From assembly GCF_016432865.1 (NCBI RefSeq), contig NC_067398.1, forward strand, positions 29,946,001 through 30,010,000: DNA of 64,000 nucleotides, written 5' to 3'. Every line of letters begins with the position of its first letter. Positions within the stretch are counted from its first letter, which is position 1. This document shows positions 34,461 to 46,980 of this stretch, one piece after another. The translations under genes were made by a program, and so were the position numbers. Source of the DNA: Antechinus flavipes (lineage: Eukaryota). Under the pieces are notes generated by a model. It searched no databases. It saw only the letters and a list, made by a program, of their open reading frames with translations, and was not told the origin of the DNA.

Positions 34461-37400
34461 CATGTTTTTCACTGCAGCGTTTGAAATTAATGGAATATTA
34501 TTTGACCAGAAATAAATTAATTCATCAAGGATTAAAAAAAAAAAAAAGCTATGTGCTAAGACTAGAAGTCAAAATGAAAAGAGTCTAGTTCAAAAGAAAT
34601 TTGCATACTGTCATAGGTGAAGAAAAGGACAATATGCACAGATATTTATAAATATGAAATGTATAACAAGAATTTTCAGGGAGAGGGCAGTTTGTTAAGG
34701 CTAGAACAGGTGTTCTAAGATAAAGGGAAGTTGGTTAACAATAGAACAAGCATTCCAGAGGGCACAAAGGAAAGAAAAAGAAGAGTAGGAGAGAGACATA
34801 GGAGGGATGGCGCTTACATGGAAAATTATGAAGAAGCAGAGGGTGTTAGGCAAGGAGGGAGCGTCAGCCTAGCAGCTTACCATTCAAAAATCACAAAAAT
34901 TCTCAGTGGAGCCGTTGGTTCCATTTCATGGGAGTCAAGATGATGTTGAGCTGCAGGTAAGCCAACCTTACCAGAACCAGAGAAAGAAGTGGAAAGAGGA
35001 CTGGAAGTGTGGAGAATATATGCAAGATGGCAGGTCAGATGTCCAGTTCCTGATTCTATCTGATGGTCAATGCAAGGGACAAATCTGAGATCAGTGCAGT
35101 CCTTGGGCCAGGACTGTGACAGACAGGTAAAATAGGTTTGAAGAACTTACCCTCAGCCAGGTCAACTGATGAGAAATGACAAATATAAAGAATATAATAA
35201 AATAAAGGCACATGATCATGGTGATGATAATAAAAATCCACTTTTTTATAAGTGCTTTGGGGCTTGCAAAACACTCCACAAATATCATCGTATCTTATCC
35301 TCACAACAACCCTAAAAGGTAGGTGCTATTACTATTCCCATTTTACAGTTGAAGAAACTGAGGCAAGAAGAAGTTTTAAATCTTAGCCAAAGTCACACAG
35401 CTAGTAAGTTTCTAAGGATGGATTTGAGCTCCTGTTTTCTTAATTTTGAATCACTTTGTAAGCATCAGGTAATAGCTAGATGGTACAGAGAATAGAACTC
35501 TGGGTACTCCAAGCATTTAGGCCCTACATAAAAGACAAATCAACTTTTAAAGACAAAGTTACTTAGGGATAGAAAAACCTAGGGAGAGAGATCTTGAAAT
35601 TTGGGAAACAAATCCTGTGGAGAGAGATTCCTTTGAAGGGGGATATAGGACCCCAGATACAGGAAGGCATCTTTTGGGGGAAGGAAATAGAGTAGAACTA
35701 GGCAAAGCAGGAACTTGCTTGGATGGGCTATAGCCTCAATGAGGAGAGCAGAAAGCAGTATCTGTGACAGCTTTCTATTTTGACTAATTATTTTACTCAA
35801 CAGGTTTTAAGTTTAAACTTTTCTTCCTGATGAAGGAGTGCAAATATTGATAGTACCCTAAATTTCAGCATCCATGGGCAAAGCCCTGATTACCCCATCC
35901 TAGGTACAACTCTGAATTTTATTACTATCTTAGTAATATTATATCCCCCTTGAGAAAAATAGCCTATAAATGGATTTATTTGTAGTTTCATGTAATAATT
36001 TATAAATTCTTGCTTGTGTGTTTATAGAAGTGGTTTTGTTTATCATTGAGGATTAGGGTTTTTTTTTTTTCCAAGTTAAAAGAATTTTAGCCTAAAACTT
36101 CCATGAATTGCAGACTTATACAACCCTGTGATCTCTCCACTAAAGATTATTTATCTCTAGGTTGTGTCACTGGGCAGACAGAAGTATGTCAGTGGAGACT
36201 AGTAGGCCTTCTTAATTGCTTTTTCTGAGCTTGTTAATAATCTCCGAGGTTGCCGCTGAGAACCATTTCATTGTTCTGACATCATCTCCAATGGCCATCT
36301 CCCGGGGGCAAGCTTTCCTAACTTCCTCAAAGAGCCTTTTTGTTTTATTTTATATTTTTGTCGTTGTTGTGGAAAAGTCTGTCCAGGCTCCAGACGAGAC
36401 TGGTAAGAACTCTGATTTCCCAGTAATGGCGAGTTTTCACTTTTGTTTCTGACTGATGGTCTGATCCCACAGAGCAAGCCCTGCAGGAACACAGTGCAAA
36501 AGCAGGAAGTCAAATTGAGCTCCTCACACTGCTTGGGTTTAAAACTTAGATTCCTGAGGCCGAGCTGAGAAAATTGACCTTTGGAAGGAGGCCCAATGGG
36601 ATTCTGGGCCAGGCTGAGGGAGGTTTTAAATTAAACTGCTCTATTGGGTCCATTTTCTATCAGCATTTTAGCTGTGTAATAATCTTTGAATTGCATAAAG
36701 ATTTGGTGCATTATAAAAAAGAGATCTCAACCCCCATACTTCCTGCTCCAGAGGGAGACCCTTCATGTTGAGGGAAGCTTAGGCTGCAATTGCCAGAGGG
36801 TTTTCTGGACTCTGGTGTAATTGCCTTTGTATAGATGTTGACAGGAAAGCCTTAGAACAGTTCTGATCAAACCATGTGACTCTCATTACCACCCAGTGCC
36901 TCTTCTATAGACAGTCCCTCTGAGTACCAGATAGAATACATCTCCAGTGTGCTTTGATTACATGCATGGGGTTAACAGATACTACCGACTGGCCTCCCTG
37001 TTGGCTAACATTTCTTAAATGTTCCCTGCTCACCACCTTCCTTTCCTGCTTTTTCTTCTCCTTCATCCACAAAGTGCTTTGGAAAGGTGCTTTATGATGG
37101 CCCTTTAATTTCACCTGCAATATTCTCTCCAGTTTTCTTGATCCCCAGGTGTTTGACTTGATTCACTTTCCCCCAATATCATGAAACCAACTTTCCTTCC
37201 CTTTTTTTTTCCATTGCTGTCTTATGGCTCATCCTAAAGCCCTTTTAATTCTTCTCTTATTTCCTTAGAGTCCCCATTTCGGAAATTCATAAATCTCTAA
37301 ACCTACTCCGAACTACTGCTTCTTGGACTTTCTGAACTCTAGTGCCTGAAAATAGCAAGTCTGTTTCATTGTCTAAGATTTTAATCAGGTTCTGCTTTTC

Positions 37401-38984
37401 AAAACATTCTAAAACTAATGTTATTGATGTCTTTGTTTTCATATTATCTTCATATCCAAATATATCCCAACATCCCTTCCTCTAAACCCACCCAGTGAGC
37501 TTTCCCTTGTAATAAAAGATAACAGAGGGAGGAACATAGTGGCTCAACAAAAAACTAACCAGCATTACCTATTTGTCACTTAACCTCCCTGAGCCTCAGT
37601 AAAATGAGACGATTGACCTAGAAGGATTCTGAGGTCACTCGTAGGCTTAGATATATGGTTCTGTCCAATTGTACTTATAGTTCTGTATATCCATAGTCCC
37701 CTACCTCTGTGAAAGAAGGCAGAAAGGCTCAACAGTGGCATAAAGATTTTGAGGGACCCATTGCTGAGTCTGAAAGCCCTTTTTCCCTCCCCTGTGCTTT
37801 TTCAGGCAAGGCTTATTTAGACTAATAAGTGGGGTTTGGCAGATTAAATGCTCCATGCACAATAATCTGGACAATGAAAGGAAACGAAACCAGGGAGAGA
37901 CTGATTGTAGACGCCCTTTCTGAACAGAACCACATCCAAAGATTTGAAATCTGTTTCAAGACTCTACAGCCCCTTTACAGTAAGGGATTAAACATTTGTG
38001 TTGTATTTACTGTGAGGGAGTAATCAATAATAATAACTGACATTCAGGCAGAGCTTCAAGGTTTGGAAAGTCTGGCAAAATCCAGGGGGACATCCACGCT
38101 TGGTGGATTGAGATCAGGCTTTCCAAGCAGAATATTCTGAGTTCAGGGTTTGTTTCTGGAAATTCAGGCCACCTGGGGCTGGTCTTTTAACCTGTCAGTG
38201 GCCCAATCGATTCTAAACTAACAGATTACAGAGCAGTCATTCATATGTTCTTTGGAAAAGGAGTTGGAAGTTCACCTACCTCAGAGTGTGGAGGGATGAA
38301 CTAAAATCATTTTGTGCATGTGTGTCTGTATAGAGAAAATGACCACTTGGCCTCTTAGGACCTAGCTGGTCTGGACTTCTGGCCAAATCTCGGTCTTTGT
38401 GGACTTAAAATCCTCTTCCCGTGGACAACAAGGTCGGAGTGGAGGAGGAGGAAAGGATCAGCAAAGACTTTCGGTAGAAGATGGTCCTTGAACTGAGGTT
38501 TGAAGCTCATGGTTTTCTAAGAGGCAGAGATAAGAAGGGTATTCCTTCCTCATATGGAGAATACCAGTCCAAAAACACCAAGAAAGGACATGAAGAATTA
38601 CATGAGAAACTCAGGAAGAAGGTGATTTTGGCTGTTACAGAGCAAAGGAAGGGAAAAAGTCCAGAAAAGTGAATTAAAGCCAGACTGTGGGGACTTTAAA
38701 TATAAAACAAAAGAGTTGATATTTGATCTAAAGACAATAGGGAGCCACTAGAGTTTAGTGAGCAGAAGAAGAAAGGATATTGACCTGTATTTTAGGAAAA
38801 TCACTCTGGCAGGGTGTGCTTGTAGGATGCACTGGTGAAGGGAGAGGTATAAGGGAGGTATAAGGTATTGCAATAGAGGACTATTGCAATAGTCCAGGTG
38901 AGAGGTGAGGAGCACCTGAAATAAAGTGGTAGAGAAAAGGGAAATGACTCAAAAGATGCTTAAAGGGAGGAACCAGAAGACAAA

Positions 38985-39235
38985 GACTTGTCTTTGGTAA
39001 CACAGTGGATAAGAGTATTGGTCCTGGAATCAAGAAGACTCCTCTTCATGAATTCAAATCCAATTTCTGACACTAGCTGTGTGACTCTGGGTAAGTCATA
39101 TAATCTGATCTGCCTCAGTTTCCTCACCTATAAAATGAGCTGCATAAAGAAATGGCCAGACCACTCCAGTATTTCTGTCAACAAAACCCCAAATGGGGTC
39201 ACGAAGAGTCAGTTATGAAAAAATTGCTCAGAGCA
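38985..39235 (+). mobile_element. Mar1-like CORE-SINE
   Basis: Head, CORE and aaatggccagaccactccagtatttctgtcaacaaaaccccaaatggggtcacgaagagtcag tail. Confidence 0.85.
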
Positions 39236-40139
39236 ACTTTATTCCTTTGATCCATTCATTGCTTCTAGGGTCTGGGGCTAGGGAGAAATGCAGGCCAGTT
39301 ATCTCATCTGCATATGTTTATACTTTCCATCAGTTATCATTTTACATTTACATAAATTTCATTTCATTGGCTCACTTATAGTTTGTATTGAATCCTAAAA
39401 TGTCCCTTGCTCAGCATCTGGAGTAATACAGAAGAAGGAAAATTAGATTGGCTGTCAGGAGACTGAACATTCTATTTTAATAGGTATGACACTGGGAGAA
39501 GGTCTTAACCTTTCTGGGCTCTCCTAGCTTTTCCTAGTCTATCATTCACATTCTCTCTCTCTTCTCTTTGTGTCTGTCTCTTGTCTCTCTTTTTGTTCCC
39601 CTCTGCCCCATATCTGTTAATTACTCTTTTAAAGGTCTCAATCTTCATCTTCAGGATTGCTTTCTTATCATCTATTTTTTAAAAAATAAAAAAAATCAGT
39701 GTATGTTTATTAAATACAATGTGTCAGGAACTATGCTCGGTCCCGACAGTACAAATATGAAAATGATACAGGTCCTCCCCTCAGTGAATTCACATTCTAC
39801 TGGGTGGTGGGGTGGGCTATGAAAAATTCAGGAGAATTGAGTACAGGTTAAATCTAAAAGGAAGAGGAAGTGATTTTGGGAAAAGGGAACAAACAAATAA
39901 GGGAATAAGAAATATGTGGGACAGTGGGAGGGAGAGAGGGGTAAAAGAAAAACAGTAAAAGAGACAGACAGATAATAATAATTGCTATTATTTATGATGT
40001 ATGATCACCTATTTTCTTTTTTTTTAACAGTCATTGAGTTTATTGACCTAATATTTTCACATTAATCTTCTTGGATTTTAAATCTGTAAAGTCCATATTG
40101 TAGGCTCCATTCCTCAGATTAAAGCACTTTAAAAATAAT

Positions 40140-40342
40140 TAAAGTTTTTTATTTACAAAACATATGCTTGAATAATTTTTCAACATTGACCCTTGCAAAA
40201 CTTTTTGTTCCAAATTTTTCCCTCATTCCTTTCAACCCCTACCCTAGATGGCAGATAGTACATGTTAAATATGTTAAAATATATGTTAAATTCAATATAT
40301 GCATACATATTTATACAGTTATCTTGCTGCACAAGAAAAATC
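40140..40342 (-). mobile_element. L1 3' tail fragment
   Basis: tttatttacaaaacatatgc...acattgacccttgcaaaac...cttgctgcacaagaaaaatca. Confidence 0.75.
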
Positions 40343-42904
40343 ATTGTGATCACTTATTTTTAAGGAGTTCCTTGTTCTCCTTAAGGAACTGAATTATCTT
40401 TGTAGCATATGAGCTTTTTGACAAACTTCTTTCCACTGCTTATCTTCCTTGTGAAAAATATGGCTTTTTAATAAAGGTTTTCCCTCCTGTTGGGAATATT
40501 GTCTTTGATTATGAAAATTAGTCCATTTACCAGTGGAATTATTTGAGAATTGATAAGTGAAATCACCCTTTTCCAACCCAGATAATACTGTAAGGAGTTA
40601 GTTTAATGCTTATTGTTAGTCCTATTTACAAATGGTAAACCCCTGTGGCTCTAAAAACAGCAAGCTCTGTGAGCACTAGATAGGACATAATCCCTACCTT
40701 CTGTGGAATTTATAATGCAGTAGAGGCTTGTAATGAACACCTAGATAAATATAATAAGAAAAGCTATGAATGACTGAATGAACATTTATTAAGAACTTCC
40801 TGTGTATAAAGTGTGTTAAACACTACAATTACAAATAGAAAAGTAAGATTCCCTACTCCCAGGAGGCTCATGTTTTAATGGGGGAGACACTTTTAAGAGA
40901 TTTCAACTATAAGTCAGAAAAGTTCCAAAGTCCTTAGGTTACAGTGACAAAAAAGATGACAATGCATCTTCTTGGATGTCATTTCCACTGGGGGAAAAAT
41001 CATAGCAGTCTCTGATGTTGAACCATTTGACACTGTCAAGGACTTTTCTGGCAAAAACTATTCTTCCTATTAAGCACAGGGCAGAGATGCAAACAAAATC
41101 TGTGAGGCTGAATTGGGAAAGGTAAGTACTATCCAAGAAAGTTTCCTAGAAGAGATGGCCTTTGAGATACTTTTTAAAGGGTGGATTAGAACTTAATAAA
41201 TAGATAGGAAGGAGGCAATTTTCATAGATGCAGACTTAACAAGAGCATCAACTGTGGGAAATTCTGAATTTGGATTGGGGTTGGCAAGTGGAAAGTAAAG
41301 TACATAGAAGTTAATGATAGGATGAGAGACTGGAAAGGGAGAGACGAGTCAGATGATGAAAGACACTGAATGTTAGAGTAAGGATCCTGAAATTTCTTAA
41401 GTAGGCAAAAGGGAGCTAGCTAATAATTTGAAGAAGAGGAGTGACCTGAACAGATGAATATGTAAGGAAGCAGTGTGGAAAAGATGGTTTAGATCGGTGG
41501 CGGGGAGAGAATAGAAGCCAGTGATCTTTTAAGAAGACATTGTAATAGATCAGGAAAATACTAGAGTAAGGGCAGTGTTATAAGAGATAAAGGGACAGAT
41601 ATAAGAGATGCTATTAAGCTAACATCAGCGGGACCTTGTTACTGAATAGATGGGAAGTGACAAGGAAGGAACAACTGAACATTATAATAGATTGGAAGCT
41701 TTTTGAGAGGAGGGCATCTGTCATATCTACTTTTGTACTCCAAGTGTCTAACATGAGATCCTACACAGAGTAAATCTTTAATAAATATTTGTCAAATCAC
41801 ATCGAATGGCAGTAATACTTCAATTGTTGGAGACACCAAGGAAGAGCAAGTTTGGGGAGGAATGATAACAAATTCAATTTTTAGAGATATAGGATTAGAG
41901 ATGCTAGTGAGAAATATCCCATAGACAATTGGATCTCTGAGTCTACAAGTTAAGAAAAAGGTCCCTTCATGTCCACTCCCTTCATACATTCTCCCTTTTA
42001 GGCAAACTGGCCTTCTAACTTCCTGGTATGTGAAGTTCCATCTCCTACCTCCAAGTATTTGTATAACTACTGCCTTGTATCTGAAATGTACTCTATATTT
42101 ACCTCTGCCTTGAGGAATCTGCAAGTTTCTTCCAAGTCCTGCTTACTTACAGCCTCCTATAGGAAGAGATCATTCCTGATCCTCTTATTTACCAACATGT
42201 TATCTCTTGAAATTATTTTGTGTATATACACATGTATTAGATACATGTTACATATTACATATGCACATATATGGATAAGTTATATTTACATACTTCTGTA
42301 CCTATTTTATCTCTCTAACCCCCTTGTAGAATATTAGTTCCATTTGACTTTTGTCTTTGTGTCCTTGTCTGTGGTCTAGCTCTTTGCTTTGTATACATAT
42401 GGTGCTTAATGTTTATTGATGAATTGAATCTCTGATGCAAGTCAGTCACTTCGGCTTTGTTTTATGAACGTAAACTAGAATGTGGCTTCTAATTTACTAT
42501 TTTCCAGATTCCTGCCCCTTTATTTCCAAAAAAATTAAATGAAATCCCACATCTAACTTTTTCTGGTTCAGGGTTTATTTCTCTTCTTCCCCAAATACTT
42601 ATGCTTTCTTTATTCTCACATAATCAAAAGTGTAAGAGCTAGGAGAGACCTCAAAGGCCATTTAGACTATTAGATAGTAAGACCAGAATTTCCTCCATAG
42701 TCTCCCTGCCAAATGTTTATGCAACCTCTACCTGGAGATCTTGTAAAGGACAAGAATGGCTGAAAAGAAAGGACATGAGAAGACATTCTTACCCCAGTCC
42801 TTTGTAGACATAGGAGACTCACAAATATCATACAATACCCAGGTTTTCATTTTTTGGGGATGTATTTATCAATTATGCTGATTTTTCTTTTTTCTTTTTT
42901 AGAA

Positions 42905-43130
42905 AGAATGTATTTAAAATATAAAATAATTTAGAAAGTTTTGAAGTATATATGTTAAAGTATTAAATACTTAAAAGTATTAAAATATTTACTTTAAAGT
43001 ATTAGATACTTTAGAAAGTATTAACTTATGTACTTTAAAGTATTACTTTGTAAATTACATAACTTAAATATTAAATATTTTAGAAAGTATTAAAATATTA
43101 TACATATTAGAAAGTATTTAAAATACTATT
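42905..43130. repeat. AT-rich degenerate repeat built on AAAGTATT with short palindromes
   Basis: Seven AAAGTATT copies, and the palindrome TACTTTAAAGTA twice. Confidence 0.8.
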
Positions 43131-44325
43131 TGTTATGTGGAAGGCTCTCTGGGATGGGAAGGAATGAAATGGGGGGGAGAAACTATAGAGATATATTCTT
43201 TTAAAAAACATCAATTAAAAATGAATCATTTTAACACCATACTTTTATCACCTTGTGAGCCTTATCTGTACTTCAAGAAAGACAAGTTCTGAATGAAACC
43301 AACTAGTCATGGTCATGCCTTCAGAGGTCTCTTCACGGAAAACATAGTTTGAATTCAGACTAATGATAGAAAAAACACAGAAAACTCATCCACTGAAAAT
43401 CAGTTCAATTAAATCCAAGAAGTCTTTATTGAACACCTGCTGGGTGTTAAAGAATGACATTCCAGTTCTCTTTCAGAAACTTGAGAATGGAAAAAAAACA
43501 CAATAATCCTAAGAGCCCACAGGCGTTCTCTGCAGAGATAATGTCCACGCTGATTTGGATTTGCCTTCCAGTTTTTACAGAAGGGAAATGTGACTATATG
43601 CTTGTAAATCAATCAACAAAAAAATTCACTTTTTTTTTTTTAGAGCTCTGCTTCCAAACTTTGGCAATTTTTATTCCTCTTCCAGCTTCTGGCTTCTCTT
43701 GGGATAGAGAATTCTCTTTTGGTTTATCTTTTGCTTTAATCCTAAATCTTGCAAGCTTTTTTTTTTTTAGTGAATCTCCTTTTTGGTTTTTAGTTTCAGG
43801 AAGACCAAGTCCATTTTCCTTCTCAGCCCTCTTAAGCACACACAAGCATTCACACATACACAAACATGCTTATTCATATACATGCGCATCCTTGCTTATT
43901 TTCAGTAATAACAGCTTTTCAAAGTCATCTGAACTTTAGTCTTTCTCAAGTTTTTCTGGCCCCAGCCACAGAAACCTTCTGGCAAGTTTCTCCCTATCAT
44001 GATGTGAATTCCCTGGGAGTAGAAACTGTTTTACCTTTCAATTTGTTTCCCCAGAATTTGATCCAGTACTTTGCACATAGTGAGCACTTAATAAGTGGGT
44101 TTTTTTTTTCATTCATTCATGTCACGTGAAGTTACTCCCCTCTCTAAATCCATAGTTTGTCTAAAAGAGGAAACCCTTGAGCTCAGAAACCCTATTCCCT
44201 CAGCTAAATTAGCATACCGTCCTGGGTGGTCTAAAGCTCCCAGCCACTATTACCACACCCACTTGCTCCTTCTGAAAATTACATTTCTCAATATAATAAT
44301 AATCATAACTCACATTTCTATAGAA

Positions 44326-44351
<26 letters not shown>
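44326..44351 (+). repeat. (CA)n microsatellite
   Basis: Direct reading. Confidence 0.95.
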
Positions 44352-44356
<5 letters not shown>

Positions 44357-44778
44357 TAAAAAGCCCATCTACAACTCAATTAGATTTCAGTTCTTTCCCT
44401 AGTTAGACAGGACACGCCTCCAAAACTACAATGATTTTTTTACAAGGGGAAAAAAGTTTATTTGCCATAATAACCTTGCTAACATTGTAGTACTGCTTTA
44501 TATGTCTAATGAGAATGCAGATATTAACACATATTAAAGAGTCATATTTTATACAAACATACAAAATCTTATAATAGAGATAATAAAAAAGCAGAAAACT
44601 TGAGTTAAAGCTCTTAAGTGGGTATTTTCACCCAGCACAATGCACATTGTGAGGGCAAGGAGTTTTATCTTTGTTTCCTTAGTACTCAGCATAATATTTT
44701 ATATATAGTTGGTGCTTAATAAAGATCTGCTGAATGATTAATTGTATTCACAGTCTCTGTTCTTAAGAGATAACCCTG

Positions 44779-45748
44779 CTATTACCACTCATATGAAAGA
44801 GTGTTCCAAATCATTATTGATCAGAGAAATGCAAATTAAGACAACTCTGAGATACCACTACACACCTGTCAGATTGGCTAAGATGACAGGAAAAAATAAT
44901 GATGAATGTTGGAGGGGATGCGGGAAAACTGGGACACTAATGCATTGTTGGTGGAGTTGTGAACGAATCCAATCATTCTGGAGAGCAATCTGGAATTATG
45001 CCCAAAAAATTATCAAATTGTGCATACCCTTTGATCCAGCAGTGTTTCTACTGGGCTTATACCCCAAAGAGATACTAAAGAAGGGAAAGGGACCTGTTTG
45101 TGCCAAAATGTTTGTAGCAGCCCTGTTTGTAGTGGCCAGAAACTGGAAAATGAATGGATGCCATCAATTGGAGAATGGTTGGGTAAATTGTGGTATATGA
45201 ATGTTATGGAATATTATTGTTCTGTAAGAAATGACCAGCAGGATGAATACAGAGAGGACTGGCGAGACTTACATGAACTGATGCTAAGTGAAATGAGCAG
45301 AACCAGGAGATCATTATACACTTCGACAACGATATTGTAGGAGGACACATTTTGATGGAAGTGGATTTCTATGACAAAGAGACCTAACTGAGTTTCAATT
45401 GATAAATGACGGACAAAAGCAGCTACACCCAAAGAACGAACACTGGGAAACGAATGTGAACTATCTGCATTTTTGTTTTTCTTCCCGGGTTATTTATACC
45501 TTCTGAATCCAATTCTCCCTATGCAACAAGAGAACTGTTCGGTTCTGCAAACATATATTGTATCTAGGATATACTGCAACATATCCAACATATAAAGGAC
45601 TGCTTGCCATCTAGGGGAGGGGGTGGAGGGAGGGAGGGGAAAAAAATCGGAACAGAAACGAGTGAAAGGGATAATTTTGTAAAAAAAATTACCCTGGCAT
45701 GGATTCTGTCAATATAAAGTAAAAATTAAATAAAAATTAAAAAAAAAA
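44779..45748 (+). mobile_element. Young 5'-truncated L1: ORF2 C-terminus, 3' UTR, poly(A), 14-bp TSD
   Basis: ORF 44742..45200 carries L1 ORF2 motifs ([42 protein letters not shown]). One apparent frameshift near 45161. TSD aagagataaccctg at 44765-44778 and 45749-45762. Confidence 0.95.
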
Positions 45749-45796
45749 AAGAGATAACCCTGTGAGGAAAGTATTATTATGAAATAATTTTTATTA

Positions 45797-46015
45797 AATA
45801 ATTTTAAATTTGGGGTCCACATAAACTAATTTTGTTTTGCTTGGGGTTTTTTGTATACCTATATTTGGATATCAATATTTCGATATAATTAGTTTCCCTT
45901 ATAATCCTATTTTTAAAAAAAATTATGCATTTAGAAACATGACTCTGAAAAGTTTCATTAGGATTCCCTAGCTTACTAAAAAGGTCCATTACACCAAAAT
46001 GGTTAAGAACTCCTG
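45797..46015 (+). mobile_element. hAT-Charlie-like MITE (same family as 2022-2403)
   Basis: atttcgatataattagtttccc...tatgcatttagaaacatgactctg, ending ggttaagaactcctg|actagag. Confidence 0.55.
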
Positions 46016-46229
46016 ACTAGAGAGAAAACCTGTTCAACTCAAAGTAAGATAGTAGATCAGAGTGGTTGATGACCTGGACAACCCGGGCTAAGTGTTCAGT
46101 GTGGTAGTATGGGAAAAACACTAGAGAATCCAGGTTCAAATCCCAAGCCTGCTATCTCCTAGTCAAAGCTTTTCTCTGGTCTTCAATGCTGTTTTGTTTT
46201 TTTAACATGTAAAATGAGAGACTTAAACT

Positions 46230-46980
46230 AGTTAATCAACAAACATTTATTAAATATTTATTATAAGTCAGGCACTGTACCAAGAACTACTAATACAAAG
46301 AAAGACAAAAGTAGTCCCTACCCTCAAGGAGCTCCTAGTCTAACAGTTGGAGAAAATGGTGGTATATCAGATAGATCTATGTGGACATGTGTAACCTCCA
46401 TGGGCAATGCCCACACATTCAACATAGATATTTAAAGAGTGGAAATGAATCCTAAGGAGAAGGTACACTTGGTAGGGCAGGGTGAGAGGGACTGAAAAAG
46501 GACTTCTACAGAAAATGGGATTTGAGTTGAGTCTTGGAGAAAATCAGAGAAATTAAAGGCCAGAATTGAGGCGGTAGAATATTCTAACTTTGCAGGAAGG
46601 TCAGTGCAAAGGAGATGGAACATTGAGTTCAAAGAACAGCAAGTAAGCCAGTGTACTTGGATCATGTAGAGGAGAATATAATATAAAAATAAAAATTATA
46701 TTATATAAAAATATTGAAAAGGTAAGAAGGATCTATATTGTAAAACTGTTTGATGCCAAGCAGAACATTTTATATTTGACCTTGGAAGTAATAGGGAGCC
46801 ACTGGAGTTTATTGAAGGGAGAGACATGTTCATATTTGAGTTTAGGAAGCTCTCTGGAAGCTGAATATAGGATGGATTGGAAGAGGGAAAGATGGAAAGC
46901 ATAAAACCAATTTGGAGGTAATTGCAATATTCCAGATGAGAGGTTATGGGATCTGAATTAGGATAGTGATTATGAGAGTT
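46230..46980 (-). mobile_element. L2 relic
   Basis: aacaaacatttattaaa terminus, and gaagtaatagggagccactggagtttattga. Confidence 0.75.

Noticed and set aside
36253-36263. 11-mer ccgctgagaac also present near 6428 in the CpG island
   Set aside because: Many 11-mer matches are expected by chance in 64 kb, and the match does not extend.
44742-45340. 152-aa and 80-aa ORFs as a host gene
   Set aside because: They are the two frames of a frameshifted L1 ORF2 C-terminus.
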